Source of the DNA: Caecitellus pseudoparvulus | Taxonomy: Eukaryota; Protista; Bigyra: Bicosoecida | Reading direction: 5' to 3' | DNA length: 12,910 nt | Assembly (NCBI GenBank): GCA_965644315.1 | Contig: CBFFRQ010000153.1 | Location: 1-12,910 of the forward strand | In this document: positions 1 to 10,500 of the stretch, piece by piece | How positions within the stretch are numbered: the stretch's first letter is position 1 | How the letters are laid out: every line of letters begins with the position of its first letter | The notes under the pieces: model-generated | What the model was told of the DNA's origin: nothing | Databases searched by the model: none | The model's input: only the letters and a program-made list of their open reading frames with translations | Program-made: the position numbers and the translations under genes

Positions 1-1474
1 TAACCCTAACCCTAACCCTAACCCTAACCCTAACCCTAACCCTAACCCTAACCCTAACCCTAACCCTAACCCTAACCCTAACCCTAACCCTAACCCTAAC
101 CCTAACCCTAACCCTAACCCTAACCCTAACCCTAACCCTAACCCTAACCCTAACCCTAACCCTAACCCTAACCCTAACCCTAACCCTAACCCTAACCCTA
201 ACCCTAACCCTAACCCTAACCCTAACCCTAACCCTAACCCTAACCCTAACCCTAACCCTAACCCTAACCCTAACCCTAACCCTAACCCTAACCCTAACCC
301 TAACCCTAACCCTAACCCTAACCCTAACCCTAACCCTAACCCTAACCCTAACCCTAACCCTAACCCTAACCCTAACCCTAACCCTAACCCTAACCCTAAC
401 CCTAACCCTAACCCTAACCCTAACCCTAACCCTAACCCTAACCCTAACCCTAACCCTAACCCTAACCCTAACCCTAACCCTAACCCTAACCCTAACCCTA
501 ACCCTAACCCTAACCCTAACCCTAACCCTAACCCTAACCCTAACCCTAACCCTAACCCTAACCCTAACCCTAACCCTAACCCTAACCCTAACCCTAACCC
601 TAACCCTAACCCTAACCCTAACCCTAACCCTAACCCTAACCCTAACCCTAACCCTAACCCTAACCCTAACCCTAACCCTAACCCTAACCCTAACCCTAAC
701 CCTAACCCTAACCCTAACCCTAACCCTAACCCTAACCCTAACCCTAACCCTAACCCTAACCCTAACCCTAACCCTAACCCTAACCCTAACCCTAACCCTA
801 ACCCTAACCCTAACCCTAACCCTAACCCTAACCCTAACCCTAACCCTAACCCTAACCCTAACCCTAACCCTAACCCTAACCCTAACCCTAACCCTAACCC
901 TAACCCTAACCCTAACCCTAACCCTAACCCTAACCCTAACCCTAACCCTAACCCTAACCCTAACCCTAACCCTAACCCTAACCCTAACCCTAACCCTAAC
1001 CCTAACCCTAACCCTAACCCTAACCCTAACCCTAACCCTAACCCTAACCCTAACCCTAACCCTAACCCTAACCCTAACCCTAACCCTAACCCTAACCCTA
1101 ACCCTAACCCTAACCCTAACCCTAACCCTAACCCTAACCCTAACCCTAACCCTAACCCTAACCCTAACCCTAACCCTAACCCTAACCCTAACCCTAACCC
1201 TAACCCTAACCCTAACCCTAACCCTAACCCTAACCCTAACCCTAACCCTAACCCTAACCCTAACCCTAACCCTAACCCTAACCCTAACCCTAACCCTAAC
1301 CCTAACCCTAACCCTAACCCTAACCCTAACCCTAACCCTAACCCTAACCCTAACCCTAACCCTAACCCTAACCCTAACCCTAACCCTAACCCTAACCCTA
1401 ACCCTAACCCTAACCCTAACCCTAACCCTAACCCTAACCCTAACCCTAACCCTAACCCTAACCCTAACCCTAAC
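1..1474. repeat. Telomeric tract (TAACCC)n, i.e. (TTAGGG)n on the minus strand; left end of a linear molecule
   Basis: 245 perfect TAACCC units (1-1470) plus TAAC, starting at base 1, with the C-rich strand at the 5' end as expected for a left telomere. Confidence 0.99.
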
Positions 1475-1597
1475 TTTCCAAATGTCAAGCTAATCACAAG
1501 TTGTGAAGTGCTAACATTGCCTAATCCAGGCGCTCGTGCACCCAAGTGTGGTGTTGCACAGTGCTTGCTGGTTGGGTGGTGCGCACCGGGGCGGGGT

Positions 1598-1623
1598 AGT
1601 GCGAATTCCGCACACCATCGCAC
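1598..1623 (+). promoter_or_regulatory. Conserved 5' UTR motif of element A (GTGCG-AATTC-CGCAC stem-loop)
   Basis: The 16-mer AGTGCGAATTCCGCAC is identical at 4433-4448 and lies 100 vs 99 nt upstream of the respective ATGs. Function is inferred only. Confidence 0.5.
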
Positions 1624-1697
1624 CGTGGCTCCCAGTTTGCGCCCTCGGTCGGGGCATGCACCTGGGATCGACATCAAAAGCATCATTGACAAGCATC

Positions 1698-3781
1698 ATG
1701 AACGCCCAAGTGGATCAAGTCCTGGGGGTCCTCTTCGTGGAGGGGTGCCTGAAGCGCAAGCAAGTGCTCGGCCCCAGAACAGGTGTCTTCACTGACATGC
1801 CACGTCGGGGTGCCGCACGCACCTTCGAGCTTGGAGGACCCCTGCCCAAGACTGATCATGATAGTTCATCTTCGGCACGGGACATGTGGCTCGAGGTCTA
1901 TGGGGAAGCCGCCGAACGGCTGATCCCAGGGCTGAGTGCGGAATTCGGCAACGCCAATGCGGCCCTGCGCCAGGGACCCACCGGATCGCCAACCATCCTC
2001 GTCACGCTCGGAAGTGAGGGTGATTCACCAACAGTGGCACGTCAACTTCGCATTCTTGCTGCTCAAGAGGACGACTTCGCCATTCGAGTCGGCCAAGGTG
2101 GGTTCGTCGCCGTGGCCTACACCAACACCAAGCAGTTCGCATCGGCGAAGGCGAAAGTGAAGGTGAAGGCCCACCCCACCGCCATCCAAGTGGCCCACCA
2201 AGTGACCAAGGAAGCAACCGAAATCGCCTGCCAGTCAGGTGATGTTGCCAAGGTCATGTGCCTCGTTAGGTCCCACTTCGACCATGGCCCCGTGCCAGCC
2301 CAAGCCGTCCGTCCCAGTGTCAGACAATCCGTCCCCTCCGAGGGTGATGCACCTGTCGACACCAAGACACCATCGACCTGGACTGACACTCAGCTCGACA
2401 AGGCACCGAAGAAGAAGAAGACCCGTCGAGGCAAGCGAGGAAAGGGCAAGTCAGCCGGACGATCCCTCACCTTCGAGGACGTCTTCATCAAGAACGTCCG
2501 GCCACCTGCACCTCGACCAACCTCACCACCTGCCACCCAAGGCTCACCCAAAGATACCGTCACCACCCCTGTGGTGCATGCCATGTTGCCTTCATCAAGG
2601 GTGCAGCGGGGCGTCGACCGCAAGTGGCCGTCCCCCACCCCGTCGGGCGAGGCAAGCCCCGAGGTGCACCGGTATCGGCCGTCTGCAGCAGCAGCATGGG
2701 AGGTGATCACAAGGGTGGTGCCTCTTCATGACAGTGTGCGGACACCCGAGCACCTGGCCGAGTACCCCATCAAGCCTGGCCCTCTGGCCGACCTGCTGTC
2801 ATCGACCCACGTGTACTCTAACGTGGGGGGCGGGCCTGTGTCCAGGCCTGTCTCGAGACGGCAGCAGGGGAGAGGGTCTTCGAGGCTGGGGACCTCCTCC
2901 TACTCCAGCATGCAGCCACCATCAACGCTGCCCAGCTTGCCTTCAAGCACATGGTCAGGCAGCTGGAGGGGGTGGTCAGTGACTCGTCCAGCTCGGACAT
3001 CATGGACGTCGGCCAGAAGCCACCCTCCCCCTTCCGCTCAGACGGGCAACGGGTGGCCGTCTTCCGCAACATGCTGCACCAGCACTCGCCGGATGACACC
3101 TTCCTGGCCCCAGGTACACCACCAGTCCTGCTTCCCGGCCTGCACCTGCTCATCGACCGCATCAACCAAGGGTACCGTGCCCCAGCCGGGCATGATGACC
3201 TTGGCCAGGCCGGCGTCGACCCCAGCCAGGTTGATGAAGAGGGTGACCAAGAGGGGCACCTCGACGGAGTGCTGTATGCCTTCGCACTTCGAGAGGTGTG
3301 GACCGACAACACGGCCCATCTGCAGCTCATCCTCGTCGACCATGATCGAGGCAAGCTGGTGCTGTGGAACCCCGACATCCCTGACCTCCATGACGAGCTG
3401 CCCCTGCACAAGTGCATGACCCGGCTGGCAGCCGAAGGCATCAACGTCTTGTACCGGATCTGGACCACACCCGAGGCGGGCAGTCCAGCACCCTTCCGGG
3501 ACAGGCTTCGAGGGGCACTCCAGTCTCTCCGAGATGACTTCCCCCCCCTGCCTCACAAGGCCACCGACGGCACCGTGCACCCCCAGACCCTCATCGCTGG
3601 CAAGGGCACAAGGGTGGCCATGCCTCATGGGCGGATGACCCGACAGCAGGCCGCCACCCTGGAGGCTGAGGTCAAGGACCCCCTCAAGCGGCTGGTGCCT
3701 GAAGACGGCGAGGGTCGCCTGCCCAAGGTCAAGGATGTGCCCCACATCTCGATCGGGCAGATGGGTGGACGCCTGATGTAA
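1698..3781 (+). CDS. ~694-aa protein homologous to the N-terminal third of element B's ORF, interrupted by a 1-nt frameshift in the G-run at 2825-2830
   Basis: ATG 1698 (MNAQVDQVLGVLFVE) aligns to B's MPVDTSQVLGVLFVE. The frame of ORF 1536..3419 matches B up to HVYSNV. The frame of ORF 2951..3781 then matches B (ACVQACLETAAGE, PPVLLPGLH, AHLQLILVD..LVLWNPD, RDRLR, PH.SIG). Adding one G restores colinearity. Confidence 0.85.
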
Positions 3782-4195
3782 GTCACCTGTGGGGGCATAC
3801 TCCCTGTGCCACACATGACTGAAGCTTTGTGTCGCGACCGACGCACATAGCTGACATCGGACATTGGAAAGTCCAACCCAACCTCACCATCACCAACCCA
3901 ACATCGATACCAACACATCAGGACTCGGCTCAGTGGAAGGGGAAGGCACTTGCAGCAAGATCTGTGAGGCCGCCCCCAAACCTGAGCCGAAGGGACAGCC
4001 GGGCTGGGTCGTGTGCTTGCATCTCAGCAACACCCAGTCCGTGTCGAGTCCATATCCTCCAGCCCACACCGCCACCCAAGCCAAGCAAGTCGGGTCTCCA
4101 CCCCTGGACATCGGACCGAGACGGACGAGACTGGACTGGACGGACAAGACAAGAGTGGACCGAGACCTGGACCTACACCTCAAGACCATCCCACC

Positions 4196-4396
4196 GGGGC
4201 GGGCGCTGAAGCGCCAAGACAGACGGCGACTTATACAACGGACACGAGTCTGTGCTAGTCGCAAAGCCGTGCAAGCGGTGCCGTCGTGGTGTCTGTGTCA
4301 CTGCATTCTGTTGTGGCGCAGGTGGCACCACATGTCCAAGCCCAAGCTGTACCATGATGTAGCCTGCATGGAGGCAATCTGCAATGCATTGAGTAG
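4196..4396 (+). other. Conserved structured 3' terminal region of element A
   Basis: Aligns with 11808-12014. Contains the hairpins GGCGC-TGAA-GCGCC and ACGGAC-ACGA-GTCTGT, and TGCAATGCATTGA near the terminus. Confidence 0.75.
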
Positions 4397-4409
4397 CTAA
4401 CCCTAACCC
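4397..4409. repeat. Short telomeric linker CTAACCCTAACCC between the two elements
   Basis: Two telomere units read directly, followed by a degenerate CAAACC. Confidence 0.92.
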
Positions 4410-4432
4410 CAAACCTGCGCGGGTGTGGCAGC

Positions 4433-4458
4433 AGTGCGAATTCCGCACGCCAGCGCAC
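4433..4458 (+). promoter_or_regulatory. Conserved 5' UTR motif of element B
   Basis: AGTGCGAATTCCGCACGCCAGCGCAC vs AGTGCGAATTCCGCACACCATCGCAC in element A (24/26 identical). Confidence 0.5.
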
Positions 4459-4531
4459 ACACACGCACACAGTCTCTGCTCTGAGCCGGAGCGGGAGGTT
4501 GTTGACGCCATTGCCAAGTTCCATCATCATC

Positions 4532-7500
4532 ATGCCTGTTGACACGAGCCAAGTCCTAGGCGTGCTCTTTGTGGAGCAGTGCATCGCAGGACAGCAGCAC
4601 CGTGGCCCGAGAACAGGTTCCCTGACTGACATGCCGCGCCGTGGCGCAGCGCGCACGTTCCAGCTGAGCGGCATGTCTTTTGACGAAGATCCATCATCAA
4701 CTGCTGAAGAACTTCGAAATTCGTGGCTTGTTACCTTCGGTGAAGCAGCGGATCGCTTGCTACCTGGTCTCAGCGCGGAATTCGCGCGCGCTAGCGCGGC
4801 TCTCCGGCGCGCGCCAGGGCAGCGTGCAGCTTTGCTTGTTTCCCTTGGATCTAACGGAGACTCGCCCATGACTGCAAGAAAGCTTCGTGAACTTGCCGCC
4901 CGAGAGGATGATTTTACCATCCAACTTGGGCGCGGGGCAACCATCTCTGTCGTGTACCCAAACACACGGCAGTTTGCCAGTGCCAAGGCCAAGGTGCGGG
5001 TGAGCGCACCTGCATCTGCGCTACAGCTTGCAAGCGAAGTCGCGGGACGAGCGACAAAGATTGCAGCTGAGACTGGAGATGTAGCGAGTGTTGTCAAGCT
5101 TGTTGCGTCGCATCTTGACACGAGGCTCAAGTCTCAGCAGCGCGTTCAACTCCAAGCCAGACATTCCGTCCCCAGCAAGGGCGACGCACCTGTCGGCAAG
5201 GAGGTCTTCAGACCGCCGACGGACACCCAACCCATATCAGATGGCCAGCGAAAGAAGACGAGGCGTGGCAAGAGGGCAAAGACATCTGCTCCACCCCCTC
5301 AGACACCAAAGCGCACCTTTGCCGATCTGTTCAAGACCCCCCCTCAAGGCACCAGCACTGGAGATAAGGCAGCATTTGTCACAGCAAAGCGGGTTCCGAC
5401 CACAAGCCCCAGAGGTGAAGCACTCTACGAGACCTTGCCTTCGTCAAGAGTGAGATCGGAGAAGGGCACACGATGGGACAAGTTGTTCCCCCGCGGCTCA
5501 CCTTCTACACCTCAGCGAAAGGACATCCATGACTCTCTCGCTAAGCCCACATCCTCTGAGCGATCATTAGAGGAGTTGCCAGCGGCTGGAGCCGCTGCTT
5601 CATGTGCGCCCAAGCCCGAACCTCATGTGACCCCTACCGAAGTGCTGACACTTGAGGGCTGCCCTAGGAAGCCAGGGGTCCTCCCAAGAATCCCTCTTGC
5701 CGATGACAGTGCCCTTGCCCCACTTCTGGCGGGGGACCATGTCTTCAGCAATGTGGATGGGCAACACTGTGTACAGGCATGTGTGGAAACAGCTATAGGG
5801 GAAACGCTTCTTACAACCGAGGACCTTGTGCTGCTGCAGCATGCAGCTGCGATCCAAAGTGCACAGCGAGCGTACGCATCTCTGCGCAGCATGAAGCAGG
5901 TTGCGGCTGGAGACTCATCTGACTCTGATGTACAAGCTATTCCGATGGCTAACACGACTGCTGAAGAGTCTCCAGAAGACGATCTTGAACTTTTCACCCG
6001 CCTCCTTCGACGGTTCTCCCCTCCCGATGCATCCATTCAGACTGCCATGCCCCCAGTCCTTCTTCCAGGGCTGCACACACTATTGGAAGAACTGAACTGT
6101 GACTACGTGCAACTCAACGGAGACGGTCCCCAGATCAGAGGAGAGGTCGGCGTTAGCTCTGCAAGGACGAAAGGCGACCATGCTGAGCTCTTTCAGAATG
6201 TGCACTTTGCGTTTGCGTTGTCGGCGCCAGATGGATCAGAGATGGCTCACCTCATGTTGCTCTTGGTAGACCCACAGCGGAATGAGCTTGTGCTATGGAA
6301 CCCAGACGAACCAACACAAAGCACATCCATCCCAATGGTCAACTGTATGGACCATCTGCACTCCCATGGGATCGACACTGTCTACAGAGTTTCAGCAAAG
6401 AAGCATACGGGAGCCCCCACCTCTCTCCGGGACCGTGTGAGAAGAGCCCTTCTGAAGCTTAAAGAGCGATACCCACCCTTTCCGTTTGTGGATGCGGAGG
6501 GGATGGTCCACATGAAGACCTACATCGCTAGCCGATCTACACGGATCACCATGCCAACTGGTCGCCCAACCCGAAAGCAAGCAGCATCAGAACAATACGT
6601 CAGAGAGCATGATCCACTCCTGCAACTCATACCCAGTCCGTCTTCACCACTCAAGACAGACTGGACGCAGAGTCCGCATACCCCAATCGGCCGAAAAGCC
6701 ACGACCCAAGTCGCTCTTGTCTCATGGAACGTAGCTGGAGCAGGGGGGCACTACCTACATGAGCTGATCCTGTGCACAAAGTCAGTGATCAAGCGGTCAG
6801 CACGCCTGGTTATGTGTCTCACTGAGCCAGGTGGACGTGGAGTCCTGGACACTGAGGTGATGGGGCTTCAGTGTTTTCGTCCTAGCCCACCCGAACGACC
6901 TCCAGGCAGAAGCGAGGTAGCTATGCTAGTCGATCGCCGGCTGAATGCCTCCCTTCTCCCCGGACTAGGGCTTGATGGCCGCTGTTTGGTAGCCTGCTCC
7001 ATTCCCTGCAAGCCCTTGCCTCTTGCTGTGATCGGAGCGTATGTCCCGAATTGGCATACAGCCCAAAGGAAGAAGGCGCTTGCAGACCCCGACACCAAAC
7101 TCCCACACCGGCAGGAGATATGGGAGCAGCTTACCCATGCTGTTCAATCACTACGCCACACCCACATGATAGCGCTCATGGGAGACTTGAACTGTCACCC
7201 TGGCGACTCTGGCATGAAGTGCTGGGACACAGAGGCGTGGGAAAACAGGACGGGAGTTCCCGATCCTACAGATGATGTTGGAGTACTCGATGCACTTTGC
7301 AGAGAAGGGGGGCTCCAGCCAGCGGGGAAGAGTGGGGACTCAACACAGGCGACGTTCAAGCGTGCCCTTGATCATGTACTCATCTGTCCAAGGCTGATGC
7401 ACCACCTAAGACAGCCGTTAAAAGTGACAACCACATTCTCTCGCTCAGGCAAACGAAACCCAGCCAAGATGGAGCTGAGCGACCATCACCTTCTGTCAGT

Positions 7501-10500
7501 CATAGTTGCTGTCAAGCTGAAGGGGCCAGCAAGGAAACTTCGCTCGACCCATCGCCAAGCCACTGCCCCTCCTTGGTGGCCGTCTGCAACGCCAGAAGGA
7601 TCAAACGCCCAACTCCACTTCAAAACTGCGGTCAAGCAGTCACTGGAGACTGCCCTGGCAGCGCCACTTGCAGACTCGTCGAAGCAGCTTACAGAGCTGG
7701 ATGACATCATTGGCCTTGCAGCTCGTGACACCCACTCGCACTGCAAGGTGTTGAGCACAGAACATCTTCAAGTACTCACGCATGTGCGATCACTCAGCTC
7801 ACAAAAGAAGAAGCTGACCGCGAAGGTGTCCCGCCTCCGAAAGAAGCTCGATCGCACCCGGCGACATCACGCACTTCTGCGAGGCGCAACGGATGAGGTC
7901 CGGAAGAGGAAAGCACGCTCCTTGTGGGAACAGCAGCAGATGCTGAACGAAGACATTGACGCCACGCAGCGTCTGCGAAAACAAGCAATGAGAAAATGCT
8001 CGAGACTCGCAGCCAAGAAACACCGATCTGCACTCCGCCAAGTGAAGCAAAGGCTCCGTGAGCTGATTCATGTTGATCCCTTTGCGGCGCATACACACAT
8101 ACGCCGTCTGTCTGGGCGGGGTCGGCGCACCTCCTCAACTCCACTGCAAGCGGTGTACAACACGGAAGGGTTCCTCGTTACGAGCCCCAACGAGGTCAAG
8201 GCCACCGTTCGTGAACAGATGGCCGACATCATTGGACCCAGACAGCAGCAGGTGATTCCCCTCGAGTTCGGACTCTCCAGGTTCCTACCAACAAACTGCA
8301 CACACTTCGTGCCACCAGAAACGTGGCTTCCAGTGACAGACGTGGCTGTCTCTCATATCGACAAGCTAAGCCTTCATCGAAGTCCCGGACCAGGACATTA
8401 CCAAGCGGAGCACCTGAAGTACTCACCGCTACCCGTGAAGCGAAAGTACGCGAGGGTTCTACTAGATGCCTTGCAGCAAGGCCTGCCACCAGCCACCTAC
8501 CACAGTGGGGTTGGCACACTTCTCCCAAAGAAGACCAGCAAGCCAGGCCGAGTCTGCACGTATAGACTCATAGTATGCCGTCCTCCGCAGGCGAAGCTTT
8601 TCTTCTCCCTGGTTGCGACCTGTGTCGAGAGCTGGATGAAGACTTGGATATCCAAAGAGCAGGCAGGCTTTACACGTACTCGAAACACCCATGAGCAAAT
8701 CCTTGCACTGCAGGAGGCTGCGAATGAGTACGTAAGGGTCTCTGCTGGGCGGTCTGTTCTGATCCTGTTTGTCGATTTCAAGGGAGCATTTGACACAGTC
8801 AGTCACTCGGCCATCCTTGAGATCCTCACGGCTGCTCATCTTCCCCAACCCCTACTGGCCTGTGTCAAGGACTACATGACGCGAGCAAGCGTCGCCATAC
8901 ACACTGCACATGGTCTTTGCGATCCGATACCGGTCACAAACGGTGTTCCCCAGGGCGGCGCACTCTCTCCTCTCCTGTTCAAGATCGCTATTGACATTCT
9001 GTCTCAGCGGCTTCATGAGCTTCCCTACCAAGGCATAGTTGGAGCAGGAATCAGAACTCCCCATGGCCACATCACGCATACACTGTATGCTGATGACCTT
9101 GCATGTGTGGCCACTTCCCCTGCCGCGCTGCTCCGAATGTTCCAGGAAGTGAAAGCTCTTGGCGAGCGTGTGGGGCTTGCCATCAACCCAGGGAAATCAG
9201 GAGTCATGATCGTCACAAGTGCCTCAGCCAGCCGTGGGGTTTCTGCAACAGAGCGGCGTAAGGGCCTGTGGAGATCAAAGTGGCTCAAGTCAGGCTCCAT
9301 GTTGAAGGTGAAAGGCGTCCCTATCCAGCGGACAAGCACCTATACCTACCTTGGGGCACCACTGTCAGACAACACCAACCGCACCAGACTCCTTGCGATC
9401 AGACAGGCCAGCATCTCATGCTGTCAAGCGGGCTTCTCCTGTGGAGCCCTGCTGAGTAGTAGGTGGCTGGACGTCAACCTGAAGCACCGAATGAGCGCGG
9501 CCTCCATCACAAGCGCAGCAGACTACATCCTTGCGACCCAAGTTCGGAACTCAGTCCTCCCCCTCCGAGATGTTGACCGGGGACTTGCCAAAGCACTAAG
9601 CAAGTCCCACCTTGGCATGCAGAGCTCGCTCATGCGCATGCACAATTTCTCCAAGCTGGCTGTTTGTGGGATTCTGCCTGCACACATCCGAGCTACCAAG
9701 CAGAGGGTCAACATCTTCAGGAGACTACTGAAAGGGATCAATCAAAGCACCCCAGCTGCAATCGCTCTCAAGTACACCCTCCCCGATGCCATCGAACGCC
9801 TGCCAACCGATGTGGACATGCAGCTCGTCTTGAGGACCAATATTAGCCTGGACAAGCCTGCTCCAAATGGTGTGCCAGACTCTTGGGCTCTGCACGGCTT
9901 GCTCGACTTGTGGCTCTACGGAGCACTCCCAGACAGAGCGGATGTACTGCGTTACTGCACCCCAGCTGATGAAGAAGAAGTGAGCTTGGACTGTGGTCTC
10001 GATGTCTGCCGAGGCATGGATGCACTTCCGTTGAAGGTGGAGCTTCTTGGTCTTGCAGCCGCAGAGTCCAGCTCGTTCCTTTGTGCACCGGTTTTCGCAG
10101 CGTCCACACCTTGGGCAACACGTCAGCGCATCATTGAGTCGTATCAGCACATCGCACCAACAGTGACCTGTTCAGAAGTTCAGTACTCTACCACAAGCGA
10201 GATTCCGCGCGCACGACGTCCAAAGCCCTACCACGTTGGACCTGGCGCACGGCTCTTCGTTTGGCTCCATCCCATCCCCTCGGCTGTGAGCCCACTCCTC
10301 TGGGCCTGCGAAGAAGAGCAGGAAAAGCGAGTAAAGGTTCACCTGTGGCAGACTTTGCAGGTGCTACACGGCGACGACTTCCCAACCTGCTTCAGAGAGT
10401 GCCCTCTCTGCCAGAGCCGCATGTGGCCTAGCCTTCACGAGCACATCTTGCTTTCCTGCGCACACCCTCCACTGGCCGAGTCTAGAACAGCAGCTCTCAA

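Larger units (their letters stand above)
1475..4396 (+). mobile_element. Element A: non-autonomous telomere-inserted retroelement related to element B (no APE or RT)
   Basis: Flanked by telomeric repeats on both sides. Shares with B the 5' motif AGTGCGAATTCCGCAC, a homologous N-terminal ORF and a ~200-nt 3' end. Confidence 0.88.

Noticed and set aside
1540-1625. HDV-like or hammerhead ribozyme at the 5' end (GCGAATT resembles an HDV J4/2 segment)
   Set aside because: I could not build P1/P3/L3 or a CUGANGA/GAAA core in either element.
2831-3419. C-terminal part of the 627-aa ORF (1536..3419)
   Set aside because: Ser/Thr/Arg-rich shadow frame after the G-run; homology to B lies in the other frame. 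The first 54 codons (1536-1697) are probably 5' UTR.
3864-4400. 178-aa ORF in A's 3' region and 95-aa ORF 11722..12009 in B
   Set aside because: The shared peptides (GRALKR, YTTD.SLC) fall in different frames in A, so the conservation is at nucleotide/RNA level.
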